Notes under the pieces: generated by a model | Told to the model about the DNA's origin: nothing | Database searches by the model: none | What the model saw: only the letters and a program-made list of their open reading frames with translations | In this document: in pieces, positions 9,823-17,880 of the stretch | Layout: each line of letters opens with the position of its first letter | How positions within the stretch are numbered: the stretch's first letter is position 1 | NCBI GenBank assembly: GCA_038874595.1 | Contig: JAVZCB010000004.1 | Location: 65,061-129,060 of the forward strand | Length of the DNA stretch: 64,000 bases | Source of the DNA: Candidatus Micrarchaeia archaeon | GTDB taxonomy: Archaea > Micrarchaeota > Micrarchaeia > CAILAH01 | Reading direction: 5' to 3' | Made by a program: the position numbers and the translations under genes

Positions 9823-11902
9823 CAAAAACACATATATGATGTGGCTTATACTGATAGGCGTGCTTGGGGCAGTAATGCTCGTTGGCTGCCTGCAAAAGCC
9901 ATCAGATTACAAAACTTATGTTATTAATGCATCAACAAGCAAAATCAATTTTGACCAGTGCACGTGCATGCTGTGCACGAACTCTTCCGGGCACACTTAT
10001 GTTGACATATTCACGAGCGGGCTTGAGAGCGGCTCGTGCTTTTTTGCAAGCAACTGTTCACGTGCGTACATATACAATTACCTGACCGATAACAAGAAGA
10101 ACTATGTGCGTGATTTCCTAATTGGCCAGGGTGGGTCATACACGGAATATGAGGAATCAAACCTGAGGTGTGACCTGCAGGAAGGCTATGTGGTAAAGAT
10201 ACTATACGGGAAAAACAGGCCACCGTTCTATAACAGGAAGAAATTCTTTGGGACATATGACACATCAGAAGCTGATACCGTGGAATGTGCGCTTAAGAAA
10301 GGTGCAATACCTTTCTACATTATATATACAAAAGGTACTTACTACGGGACAGACTGGATACCTGACTTTATGAAAAGTACTGTGAAGGACCGTTTTTCAA
10401 CAGAGCCGGTGTTCATTGCACCAGAGGCCTTGTTTGAGGGGAAAAATGCAAAAGAGATTGCTGCCCAGATAGATGTGATCTATGATAATTGTGGTGTTAG
10501 GCAAGAAACAGGAAACTGCATTAAGTATAACCCGCAAACCGGCGATTGCATACAGAAGGAGACACTATATGTGCGAGGGTGCAAAGTTGCACTCTACCCT
10601 AAACAGGATACTGATGCGCTGATATTTGAGACATTGGATGTCATGAAAGCCAATCATCCGAAACAGATGGATAAGGTAAGTGCTGTGATACTTACGCTTA
10701 ATGTGGACAAAGGTGGGTTCAACTGTGATGGTGGCCAGGCAATTGCAAACATTACAAACAGGAGCAGGTTTGTGCTCAATAGATACGGAAAGCCATCATT
10801 TCTCCTGTTCTCGATTGATAAAAGCTGTGCCGGTGAAGCCTCAAACATAGCGCTTGAGTTTTATAATGGGATACCTTTCATGCGGATGACGGGAATTTTT
10901 GGGGCAGCATATTCCCAATTTTATGATTATGAGGACAACCCGCTGAATAACGGGATAAACGCATACAGCTTTGCAAATGCAGTAAGCGAAAAACCTGCGT
11001 TTAATACTGGAATGGATGACTGGATACGCTTATGCAAATACTACAATGAGCCGCCTTACAAGAGAGAGCCGATAGTGTTCCAGAGCAATGGTGTTAATAT
11101 CACAACCGCATGCGATTTCCTGGGCACATATGGTATGGTAACCTTAGGTGAGGATGAAACAGAACTTGCAAAAATAAACTCATACTCAACAGATAAAGTT
11201 AATGTGAAAAGTGGAAAAGTTGATTATGACATATGCATACCTGAGATTGATTTTGGTAGCATAGAAAGCGTGGCCAAACCGTGGTCTGGGTGGAGTTCGT
11301 TCACTGTGCCAGGGCTTGTTCAGGAGGATGGCGCCAATGCGGATAGTAAAGAAACCAAGGATGGCAGTGGTAGTGGCCAGGGACAACAGCAGCCAGTTAC
11401 ATATTCAACGATGTGCTGGGAGGGGTATCCAGAAGTTGAGGTTGTGGCCGAGAGATGCGGTATTAGCAGGCATCTTGTGAGGGCGTTTAAGAAACTTGGT
11501 GTACCCCTGATAAAGTGTGATGACTGGTATGATGTTGAGGGAGACGTAACCAAAAGTGGGCTTGTAAACCTTGCTGAGCTAAAACCAACCGGCGGTTATG
11601 AAACTGCATTTGGGAAGATTGCGTTTATGTATGTCCTGAAGAAGAGCTCTCCTGATTTGTATGCGCAATTGCTGGATAAAAAATCATCATTATCAAATTC
11701 GGTTGGGGGGAATCTGTATTTGTTATGTAATGGCGTACAAGCAAACAAGGATGGCCAGCAAGTAACCGTGCGAAATGAAAAACCATGTCAGGTACTTAAG
11801 GCATATTATGAGTATAAGGAAGAGTGCCCCATAGGCAAACTGCAGGAGAGAATCAGGCAGATGACAAGCGTGCAAAGCGGCGGCAAGGGTAGTAGCAGTT
11901 GA
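9815..11902 (+). CDS. Cys-rich secreted/lipoprotein, unknown function
   Basis: Hydrophobic leader ending LVGC (lipobox-like); many Cys; overlaps upstream gene by 8 nt. Confidence 0.75.
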   Translation: MNSKNTYMMWLILIGVLGAVMLVGCLQKPSDYKTYVINASTSKINFDQCTCMLCTNSSGHTYVDIFTSGLESGSCFFASNCSRAYIYNYLTDNKKNYVRDFLIGQGGSYTEYEESNLRCDLQEGYVVKILYGKNRPPFYNRKKFFGTYDTSEADTVECALKKGAIPFYIIYTKGTYYGTDWIPDFMKSTVKDRFSTEPVFIAPEALFEGKNAKEIAAQIDVIYDNCGVRQETGNCIKYNPQTGDCIQKETLYVRGCKVALYPKQDTDALIFETLDVMKANHPKQMDKVSAVILTLNVDKGGFNCDGGQAIANITNRSRFVLNRYGKPSFLLFSIDKSCAGEASNIALEFYNGIPFMRMTGIFGAAYSQFYDYEDNPLNNGINAYSFANAVSEKPAFNTGMDDWIRLCKYYNEPPYKREPIVFQSNGVNITTACDFLGTYGMVTLGEDETELAKINSYSTDKVNVKSGKVDYDICIPEIDFGSIESVAKPWSGWSSFTVPGLVQEDGANADSKETKDGSGSGQGQQQPVTYSTMCWEGYPEVEVVAERCGISRHLVRAFKKLGVPLIKCDDWYDVEGDVTKSGLVNLAELKPTGGYETAFGKIAFMYVLKKSSPDLYAQLLDKKSSLSNSVGGNLYLLCNGVQANKDGQQVTVRNEKPCQVLKAYYEYKEECPIGKLQERIRQMTSVQSGGKGSSS

Positions 11903-11911
11903 GGTGTGCAT

Positions 11912-12511
11912 ATGCCGGTAGTTGATGGGATAACCTACTCACTATTGGAGAAGGAATTTGCACAGAAGCTTAAAGGGGATGTCAAGCTCTGCCTGCTTAC
12001 CGGGCCTAACTGCCAGCTTTGTGATTCTTTGCGCGAGTTTGGAGAAAAGATTTCAGAAGCTTCAAAAGGAAAAATCATTGTAAGCGAAGAAAATGATATT
12101 AACTGTTGTCCTGGTATAAGGATATTTGATAACCTTATTTATATGGGCATACCGACTGGTAGGCAGACGTGGGTTTTCCTGAATTTTATTATGGATATAA
12201 CACAGGGGAATTACATTATGGATAAGGATGCGCGGGCAAGAGTGATGAAAATTCATACCCCTGTAGAGATTGATGTTTATATAAGTGCGGGTTCGCAGTA
12301 CTCACCATTACAGGTGAGATGGGCATATGAGCTTGCTGCACTAAATAAGAATATCAGGGCGCGTGTAATTGATGGCATGTACTTCCCGGAGATTACAATA
12401 AGAAACCATATCTCAAAGGTTCCAACCACGGTTATTAATAACAGGGTGAGAATAATAGGTGGGGCCACACCTGATGAGATGCTCAGGAAGATTAATGAGG
12501 CAATCCAGTAA
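11912..12511 (+). CDS. Protein disulfide oxidoreductase-like, two thioredoxin folds (PDO / AhpF N-terminal type)
   Basis: CQLC, YMGIPTG, VP cis-Pro motif and GATP; second active site reads SQYS; SD GAGGTG. Confidence 0.8.
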   Translation: MPVVDGITYSLLEKEFAQKLKGDVKLCLLTGPNCQLCDSLREFGEKISEASKGKIIVSEENDINCCPGIRIFDNLIYMGIPTGRQTWVFLNFIMDITQGNYIMDKDARARVMKIHTPVEIDVYISAGSQYSPLQVRWAYELAALNKNIRARVIDGMYFPEITIRNHISKVPTTVINNRVRIIGGATPDEMLRKINEAIQ

Positions 12512-12553
12512 TAAGAGTACGGAACATAGCCTGCCTGAAAAAAAGGGAAAAAA

Positions 12554-13654
12554 TTATTTTTTGACTTGTATTGTCTGTGTTGGGAACGCAAACTCAATCT
12601 TGTTCTTCTCAAACGCCTTCTTTATCTCAAGATTAACTTGGTGCACAGTCTGCCTTAGCTGTGTAGGGTCTTTAATCCAGTAGCGCATATTTATGTTCTG
12701 CGAGTATGCACCATATTCCATAAACCTTATATCGTGCCTTGAGATGTTTGGGTGCGAAGAGACAATATCTGTAAGAACCTGTATTGCTTTCTCGATTTTT
12801 TTGCTATCGTGGTCATAAATCAGCCCGATTACCTGCTCTATCATACGCTCATTGGCCATTGTAAAGTTCTCAACAACATCAGTAACAACCTTGTTGTTTG
12901 GGATTATGAGATAAGTGCCTGAAAGGAGCTCTATCCGTGTATTCCTAAGTGAGACCTGCCTCACTGTTCCTTGATACTGCCCAATCCTGACAAAATCGCC
13001 TACCCTGAACGGCTTGCTTGTGAATATTACAATCGCTCCTATGAAATTGCTTATCGAATCTTGCGCTGCCAGTGCAACCGCAATACCGCCAATTCCAAGC
13101 CCTGCAATCAGTGCCGTAACATCAAACCCAAGGTTTGAAAGCAGGAATATCAGTGTAAGCAGCACTATGATAATCCGCAGTAAATTGCGTACAAGTGAGA
13201 TGAGCTGTTCGTTGAGCTTGCTATCACCGCGCTCAGCGTGCTTTCTCATGTATCTTACAACAAAAGAGTCGATGAACCTAAGAATGAGCCATGCAACATT
13301 TATTGTGAGGAGTATCTCAAAAATGCTATCAATAAATATGTAAGGCACGGAATCTGGGTTCAATGCAATTGCCTTACCTATATATAAGCCAAGTATTAGC
13401 ACAAATATGATTATTGGGCCTTCTGATATCTCAATCAGTATGTCATCAATTTCGGTTTTTGTATTCTTTGCGATCTGGCGCAGGTACTTTGCAAAAATGA
13501 CGTACACGAGCTTTGAAAGCAGGTAAAACAGGACAAGAATCCCAAAAAATTCTGCGTACTGTATTAAGGAGTTGCCGTATATCAGGGAGCCTTCACTAAC
13601 ACCGCTATAAATCGCCTTAACGGATTCATTAAGCATATCTGTTGCATTGCCCAT
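12554..13654 (-). CDS. mscS: Small-conductance mechanosensitive channel
   Basis: GLGIGGIAVALAAQD, KPFRVGD, IPN and IEFAFPTQ; start chosen at ATG 13654. Confidence 0.93.
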   Translation of the reverse strand: MGNATDMLNESVKAIYSGVSEGSLIYGNSLIQYAEFFGILVLFYLLSKLVYVIFAKYLRQIAKNTKTEIDDILIEISEGPIIIFVLILGLYIGKAIALNPDSVPYIFIDSIFEILLTINVAWLILRFIDSFVVRYMRKHAERGDSKLNEQLISLVRNLLRIIIVLLTLIFLLSNLGFDVTALIAGLGIGGIAVALAAQDSISNFIGAIVIFTSKPFRVGDFVRIGQYQGTVRQVSLRNTRIELLSGTYLIIPNNKVVTDVVENFTMANERMIEQVIGLIYDHDSKKIEKAIQVLTDIVSSHPNISRHDIRFMEYGAYSQNINMRYWIKDPTQLRQTVHQVNLEIKKAFEKNKIEFAFPTQTIQVKK

Positions 13655-13715
13655 GGGCTTCTTTATACTGACCAAAAATTAAAAAAGTTAACAATTCCGA
13701 ACTATAACAAGTATC

Positions 13716-13884
13716 ACGGCACACATCTACAGTTGCCGTTGGTGGTAGGGCCAAGCAAGCAAAGATTTGCGGGCGCCGGCTCCCTACAGCTTCGGTTGCC
13801 GGGGGTTGATAAGGGTATGCTTTCGGCATCGGCCGAAAGATGCGCCTTTTGCTTTTTGCAAAAGTGCGCCGCGCTGGGGGCCCT
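13716..13884 (+). ncRNA. Unassigned GC-rich multi-hairpin RNA directly upstream of tRNA-Ser
   Basis: Closing helix AGGGCC/GGCCCT, a C(UUCG)G tetraloop and several perfect hairpins; no credible ORF. Confidence 0.45.
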
Positions 13885-13887
13885 TAT

Positions 13888-14010
13888 GCCGAGGTGGCAG
13901 AATCCGGTAATGCGTACGCCTTGAGAGCGTATGTCCGAAAGGACTTAGGAGTTCAAAAGGAATCACTGGCGATTTTCTGCTGGTGGTCGATGAGAATCTC
14001 CTCCTCGGCG
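13888..14010 (+). tRNA. tRNA-Ser(TGA) with a 39-nt intron at position 59/60 (13958-13996)
   Basis: Acceptor GCCGAGG/CCTCGGC+G; anticodon arm TACGC-CTTGAGA-GCGTA; long variable arm GTCC-GAAA-GGAC; T stem AGGAG/CTCCT; splicing restores TTCAAAT. Confidence 0.92.
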
Positions 14011-14127
14011 CTTTTTTCTCATTTCTCTTTATCGATAATCGATAATCAGTATATGCTCGCCTCGGAGGTTTTACCTAATGGTAAAAACCCTGCAGCACAG
14101 CTCCAGGTCTCCTCCTCGGCGCTTTTT
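13997..14127 (+). repeat. 20-bp direct repeat of the tRNA-Ser 3' exon plus T-tract (13997-14016 and 14108-14127)
   Basis: TCTCCTCCTCGGCGCTTTTT occurs twice, 111 bp apart. Confidence 0.9.
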
Positions 14128-14166
14128 CTGATTTTATCTTCTGCACACTTATGAGTAAAACTAAAA

Positions 14167-15528
14167 TTAGAATTCAAGGTTTTGCATCATATCCCTGATA
14201 TTATGCACTTCAACAAGGTTAATGATATCCTTCTTCTGCGTGCGCACCGCGGCAGTGAACACAACCGTATCCTTCTCCTCGATCAGGCCGTGCTCAAGGC
14301 AAAACAGTGCAGCACGTGGAAGGATATGCTTCTTTGGCATTGCTGTCCACATAACCGGTATAACATTATATAATAAGCTCATCTGCGCCGCAACTTCCTG
14401 GCTTGTTGTGATGGCAATGAGAGGTTTCGGCAACTTAAACCTTGAAATCACCTGCGCACCGTAACCGCCGCGTGTTACCACCACAATCTTATCAATCTCT
14501 TTGTTTGATGCAATCGAATATATTGTATTGCTTAATATCTGCGATGTTGGGTCAAGTGATTTGACGTGCTCGGTGCAATTAATCTTCGTTTTAACATAGG
14601 GCGCAATCCGCCTACCTACTTTCTTGATTGCACGCACTGCATTAAGCGGGTACTTGCCAACAGCGGTCTCATTAGAGAGTAGGATTGCGTCTGCACCATC
14701 CAAAACAGCGTTTGCAATATCACTCACCTCTGCACGTGTCGGTACAGGATTGTTTATCATGGAATAAAGTACTTGCGTGGCCACAATGCTCGGTTTGGCA
14801 TGCTGATTGGCAATATCAATTATTTCCTTTTGTATTATCGGAACTTCCTCTGCCGGAACTTCAACACCCAAGTCACCACGTGCAATCATAACACCATCTG
14901 CCTCCCGGATAATTTCGTTTATGTTGCGCACGCCATCCCAATTCTCTATCTTTGCGATTATCTTCGCGCGCGTATACTTCCGTGCCTCCCTGACATCGCG
15001 TGCAGTACGCGTAAACGAGAGTGCCACAAACGACGGGGCAGTAGAGCGGAGCACCTCAACATCGGGTTTCTTAAGAATCGGAAAATTAAACGTCCGCTCT
15101 TTCATATTAATGCTCATCCTGTCCTTTATAGTTACATTATCATGCGCTTCAAGCCCAATCATGCCTTTTGACCTTGACACAACCTCCATCTCAACAAGGC
15201 CATCATCTACATACAGTAAATTGCCAATACGTAAAAAAGAGTACATATCCTGGTCAAAACATGGCTGTGCGCCGCCCGGCCTTCCTATTTCCAGAGTTTC
15301 GCCTTTCTTGAGCGTGATTGCCTTTTGTGTGCGTATCCTTACCTCCGGCCCTGAAGTGTCAAGCATAACCGGCTTATTGTGTTTTGCTATGAGATTATAC
15401 TCACGCACCGCATCTGCAACTGATACGTGTGATAGGTTTAAGCGGACAACATCACTTTCAGCAAGCACCTGCGCAAGCACTTTGCTATCATAAAGCGAAG
15501 GCCCATACGTTGAGATTACCTTAACCAT
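14167..15528 (-). CDS. pyk: Pyruvate kinase
   Basis: RLNLSH, DTSGPEVR, IAKIEN, MIARGDLGVE, PTRAEVSD and LSNETAVGKYP. Confidence 0.96.
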   Translation of the reverse strand: MVKVISTYGPSLYDSKVLAQVLAESDVVRLNLSHVSVADAVREYNLIAKHNKPVMLDTSGPEVRIRTQKAITLKKGETLEIGRPGGAQPCFDQDMYSFLRIGNLLYVDDGLVEMEVVSRSKGMIGLEAHDNVTIKDRMSINMKERTFNFPILKKPDVEVLRSTAPSFVALSFTRTARDVREARKYTRAKIIAKIENWDGVRNINEIIREADGVMIARGDLGVEVPAEEVPIIQKEIIDIANQHAKPSIVATQVLYSMINNPVPTRAEVSDIANAVLDGADAILLSNETAVGKYPLNAVRAIKKVGRRIAPYVKTKINCTEHVKSLDPTSQILSNTIYSIASNKEIDKIVVVTRGGYGAQVISRFKLPKPLIAITTSQEVAAQMSLLYNVIPVMWTAMPKKHILPRAALFCLEHGLIEEKDTVVFTAAVRTQKKDIINLVEVHNIRDMMQNLEF

Positions 15529-15607
15529 GATGTATAATCTCAAGCCAAATTAATAAAATGTGCTGGCTTAAAAAGCAGTGTAAAGAAAAGAAATAAAGTG
15601 CTGCGTT

Positions 15608-15931
15608 TCATTTCTTTGTGACCTTCTCCTCTTTCAGCACCATCTTTGCAATCATAAATACAACAAGCGCAATTATGATGAAGTTAAGCAGTGCCGCCAG
15701 GAATGCGCCCCATCCTATCACAACCGGGCCGAGCGCAAGCGTTGCAGTCGCCCAGTCGCCGCCAGGGATGACCACTGCCACGATAGGCATTATTATGTTG
15801 TTTACGAGCGATTGCACAAGCGTAGTTACAGCTGCACCCATTATGAATGCGACTGCAAGCCCTACCACCTTATACTCTGCCAAGAATTCCTTAAACTCCT
15901 CTATGATGCCCAATATATCACCGAAATGCAA
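15608..15931 (-). CDS. mscL: Large-conductance mechanosensitive channel MscL family
   Basis: EFKEFL, LAVAFIMGAA, SLVNNIIMP and G-x-FL-x-ALLNFII. Confidence 0.9.
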   Translation of the reverse strand: MHFGDILGIIEEFKEFLAEYKVVGLAVAFIMGAAVTTLVQSLVNNIIMPIVAVVIPGGDWATATLALGPVVIGWGAFLAALLNFIIIALVVFMIAKMVLKEEKVTKK

Positions 15932-15971
15932 TCACCCTGAATAAATATAAACCCTACTATAAAATTGGAAG

Positions 15972-16137
15972 AGCTCCTGCCGGGATTTCCAATCCCTTCT
16001 TGGTACCGGTTCCTTGTGCAAAGCACAAAGAAAGGGCTTTGAACCCGGGTCTTCGGCGGTCTCCAGCACGTGGGCTTTCTGTGCATCTGGAAAGCATTGA
16101 GAGGCCAACGTCCTTGACCGGGCTAGACTACAGGAGC
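15972..16137 (-). tRNA. tRNA-Glu(CTC) with two introns: 37/38 (16059-16097, 39 nt) and 59/60 (15986-16037, 52 nt)
   Basis: On the minus strand: acceptor GCTCCTG/CAGGAGC; anticodon arm TTGGC-CTCTCA|C-GCCGA; T arm CCGGG-TTCAAA|T-CCCGG; TTTAAA box about 30 nt upstream. Confidence 0.92.
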
Positions 16138-16192
16138 CTGTATGATTTTTAGGGCGGATAACCATTTTAAATATTATTGAAGAAGGTAGTTT

Positions 16193-17203
16193 ATGAGAGG
16201 AGCTATAGTCGCACTTGCAATCGCTGTTGTCCTGTTTGTTGCTATGTCGGGATGTCTTGAGCCACAGAAGCCGACCATTCCCACAAAACCTGATAGTAAT
16301 GGCAAAGATAATCTGGCTGCCACTAACAAGACTGAAGAGAACATAACAAAGGAGATTGTTGTGGGGCCGTGCAGGGCAACCACACAGAAAGGTGTGGATG
16401 TATGCCTGCTCCAGAAGGGAATCTGCGACGATATTAGTGATGCGCTCATGAAAGATTCCTGTTATATGGCAGCAAGGGAGTGCAACAAAATTGCAGATGA
16501 TGACATGAGGCACAGCTGCCAGATAAGTGTAGGGTTCTCTGAATGCGAAGGCGTAAAGGAGCAGGCGTTGTGCAAAGCGCTCCTAACAAACGATTCCTAC
16601 TACTGCGGTGATAATACGGATTGCCTACTTAAGTTCGCGTATAAGATAAACAGCACTAAACCGTGCGCGCTTATTGTGGGTGATTACATAAGAAGCGGGT
16701 GTAGGGCAGCGGTTCTGGGAGACCCGTTCAAGTGCTATGTATACGAGGAGTTTGAGGCGAGCCGTAAGGAATGCATAAAAACATACGCGCGCGTCACTGG
16801 CAAGGATGGGGATTTGTGTGCACAGATAACAAACGATAATTATAGGGATGACTGTTACTACGGCGTTGCGGAGGCAAGTGGGGATTACTCAAACTGCCTG
16901 CTCGTGAAGGCGTACAAGACCAGAAAAGACTGCATCATAGCGGTTGCATCAAAGACCGTCAATCCAGATATCTGCGATTATAGCAGTGATTTTGATAATG
17001 ACAAGGCGTACTGCAAGGTGCGCGTCGCACAGTATAACTTAAAACCATCAATATGCCAGAACATTAATGTGGCTGGATATATCTGGGGCTGTTTTGCGGA
17101 CTCAATCGTTGATAATGAGACGCCGATATCAGAATGCGATGCAATAACAAACCCAATGTACAAAGACTGGAGGGATGAATGTTATAAGAGGGCACGAAAA
17201 TGA
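16193..17203 (+). CDS. Cys-rich repeat lipoprotein
   Basis: Leader ending MSGC; repeated D-x-C-Y...A...C..I units. Confidence 0.75.
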   Translation: MRGAIVALAIAVVLFVAMSGCLEPQKPTIPTKPDSNGKDNLAATNKTEENITKEIVVGPCRATTQKGVDVCLLQKGICDDISDALMKDSCYMAARECNKIADDDMRHSCQISVGFSECEGVKEQALCKALLTNDSYYCGDNTDCLLKFAYKINSTKPCALIVGDYIRSGCRAAVLGDPFKCYVYEEFEASRKECIKTYARVTGKDGDLCAQITNDNYRDDCYYGVAEASGDYSNCLLVKAYKTRKDCIIAVASKTVNPDICDYSSDFDNDKAYCKVRVAQYNLKPSICQNINVAGYIWGCFADSIVDNETPISECDAITNPMYKDWRDECYKRARK

Positions 17204-17231
17204 ATACTGCCTGCCTTTTTTTCAATATAGT

Positions 17232-17846
17232 TTAGTGCTTTGATTTTAGCTGTTTCAGCACGAAGAAGCTCTCCCTTTCCATCTCCTCAAGCCTAAGGGT
17301 TATCTGCTTTGCCTGCTCCTCAAGCCGCGGTATGAGTATATACTCAAGCGCATTCACGCGCCTTTTTGTCTTCTCTATGTCCTTGATTATCCTCTTCAGG
17401 GCATTCTCAGTCTCAGCAAGCTCGAGTATCATTGCCAGGACTTTCTGGAACGATGCAATGGTTTCATCCATACCGTAGTCTGTGGTCATAACACTATACT
17501 TATAGCCGTTATCCTTCCCCTCTTTTTTGACTTCCGGTATGCGCACACCCATCACGTTGCGCTCCGTGACTTCAAGAACATATGGCTCTGGCATGCCCTC
17601 AGCTGCTACATTAAGCGCCAGCGGGCCGTTCCGTATTTCAACAGTAACCATCTGCATATACGCGTTGTAAAGCTCATCGTTGAGCTGCTCGCGCATATTG
17701 CTCGCACGGCTGTAAATCTTGAAAAACTCCATAATGAGCGCATCGCGCTTCTGCTTAAGAAGCTTGTGCCCGCGCTCTGCAAGTTTCTTCCTGTCTTTTA
17801 TTTTCATAAGCTCCATGCGTGTCGGTATAAGCTGGTCAACCGCCAT
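17232..17846 (-). CDS. atpD: A/V-type ATP synthase subunit D
   Basis: PTRMEL, GHKLLKQKRDAL, NVMGVRIP and KTKRRVNALE. Confidence 0.95.
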   Translation of the reverse strand: MAVDQLIPTRMELMKIKDRKKLAERGHKLLKQKRDALIMEFFKIYSRASNMREQLNDELYNAYMQMVTVEIRNGPLALNVAAEGMPEPYVLEVTERNVMGVRIPEVKKEGKDNGYKYSVMTTDYGMDETIASFQKVLAMILELAETENALKRIIKDIEKTKRRVNALEYILIPRLEEQAKQITLRLEEMERESFFVLKQLKSKH

Positions 17847-17880
17847 GCTCGTATTAAGAATGCATAATATTTAAAGCATT

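Noticed and set aside
13716-13887. Identification as SRP RNA, RNase P RNA or a known ribozyme
   Set aside because: No SRP helix-8 motif, no RNase P GAGGAA/P4 signature and no hammerhead or twister core seen on either strand; left unassigned
13888-14010. Selenocysteine or suppressor tRNA
   Set aside because: The anticodon is TGA (reads UCA, Ser), not TCA; normal 7-bp acceptor and 5-bp T stems
13629-14154. Short ORFs over the tRNA-Ser locus (likewise 15901-16513 over tRNA-Glu and 59743-59997 over 5S rRNA)
   Set aside because: They overlap structural RNA genes and have no protein features
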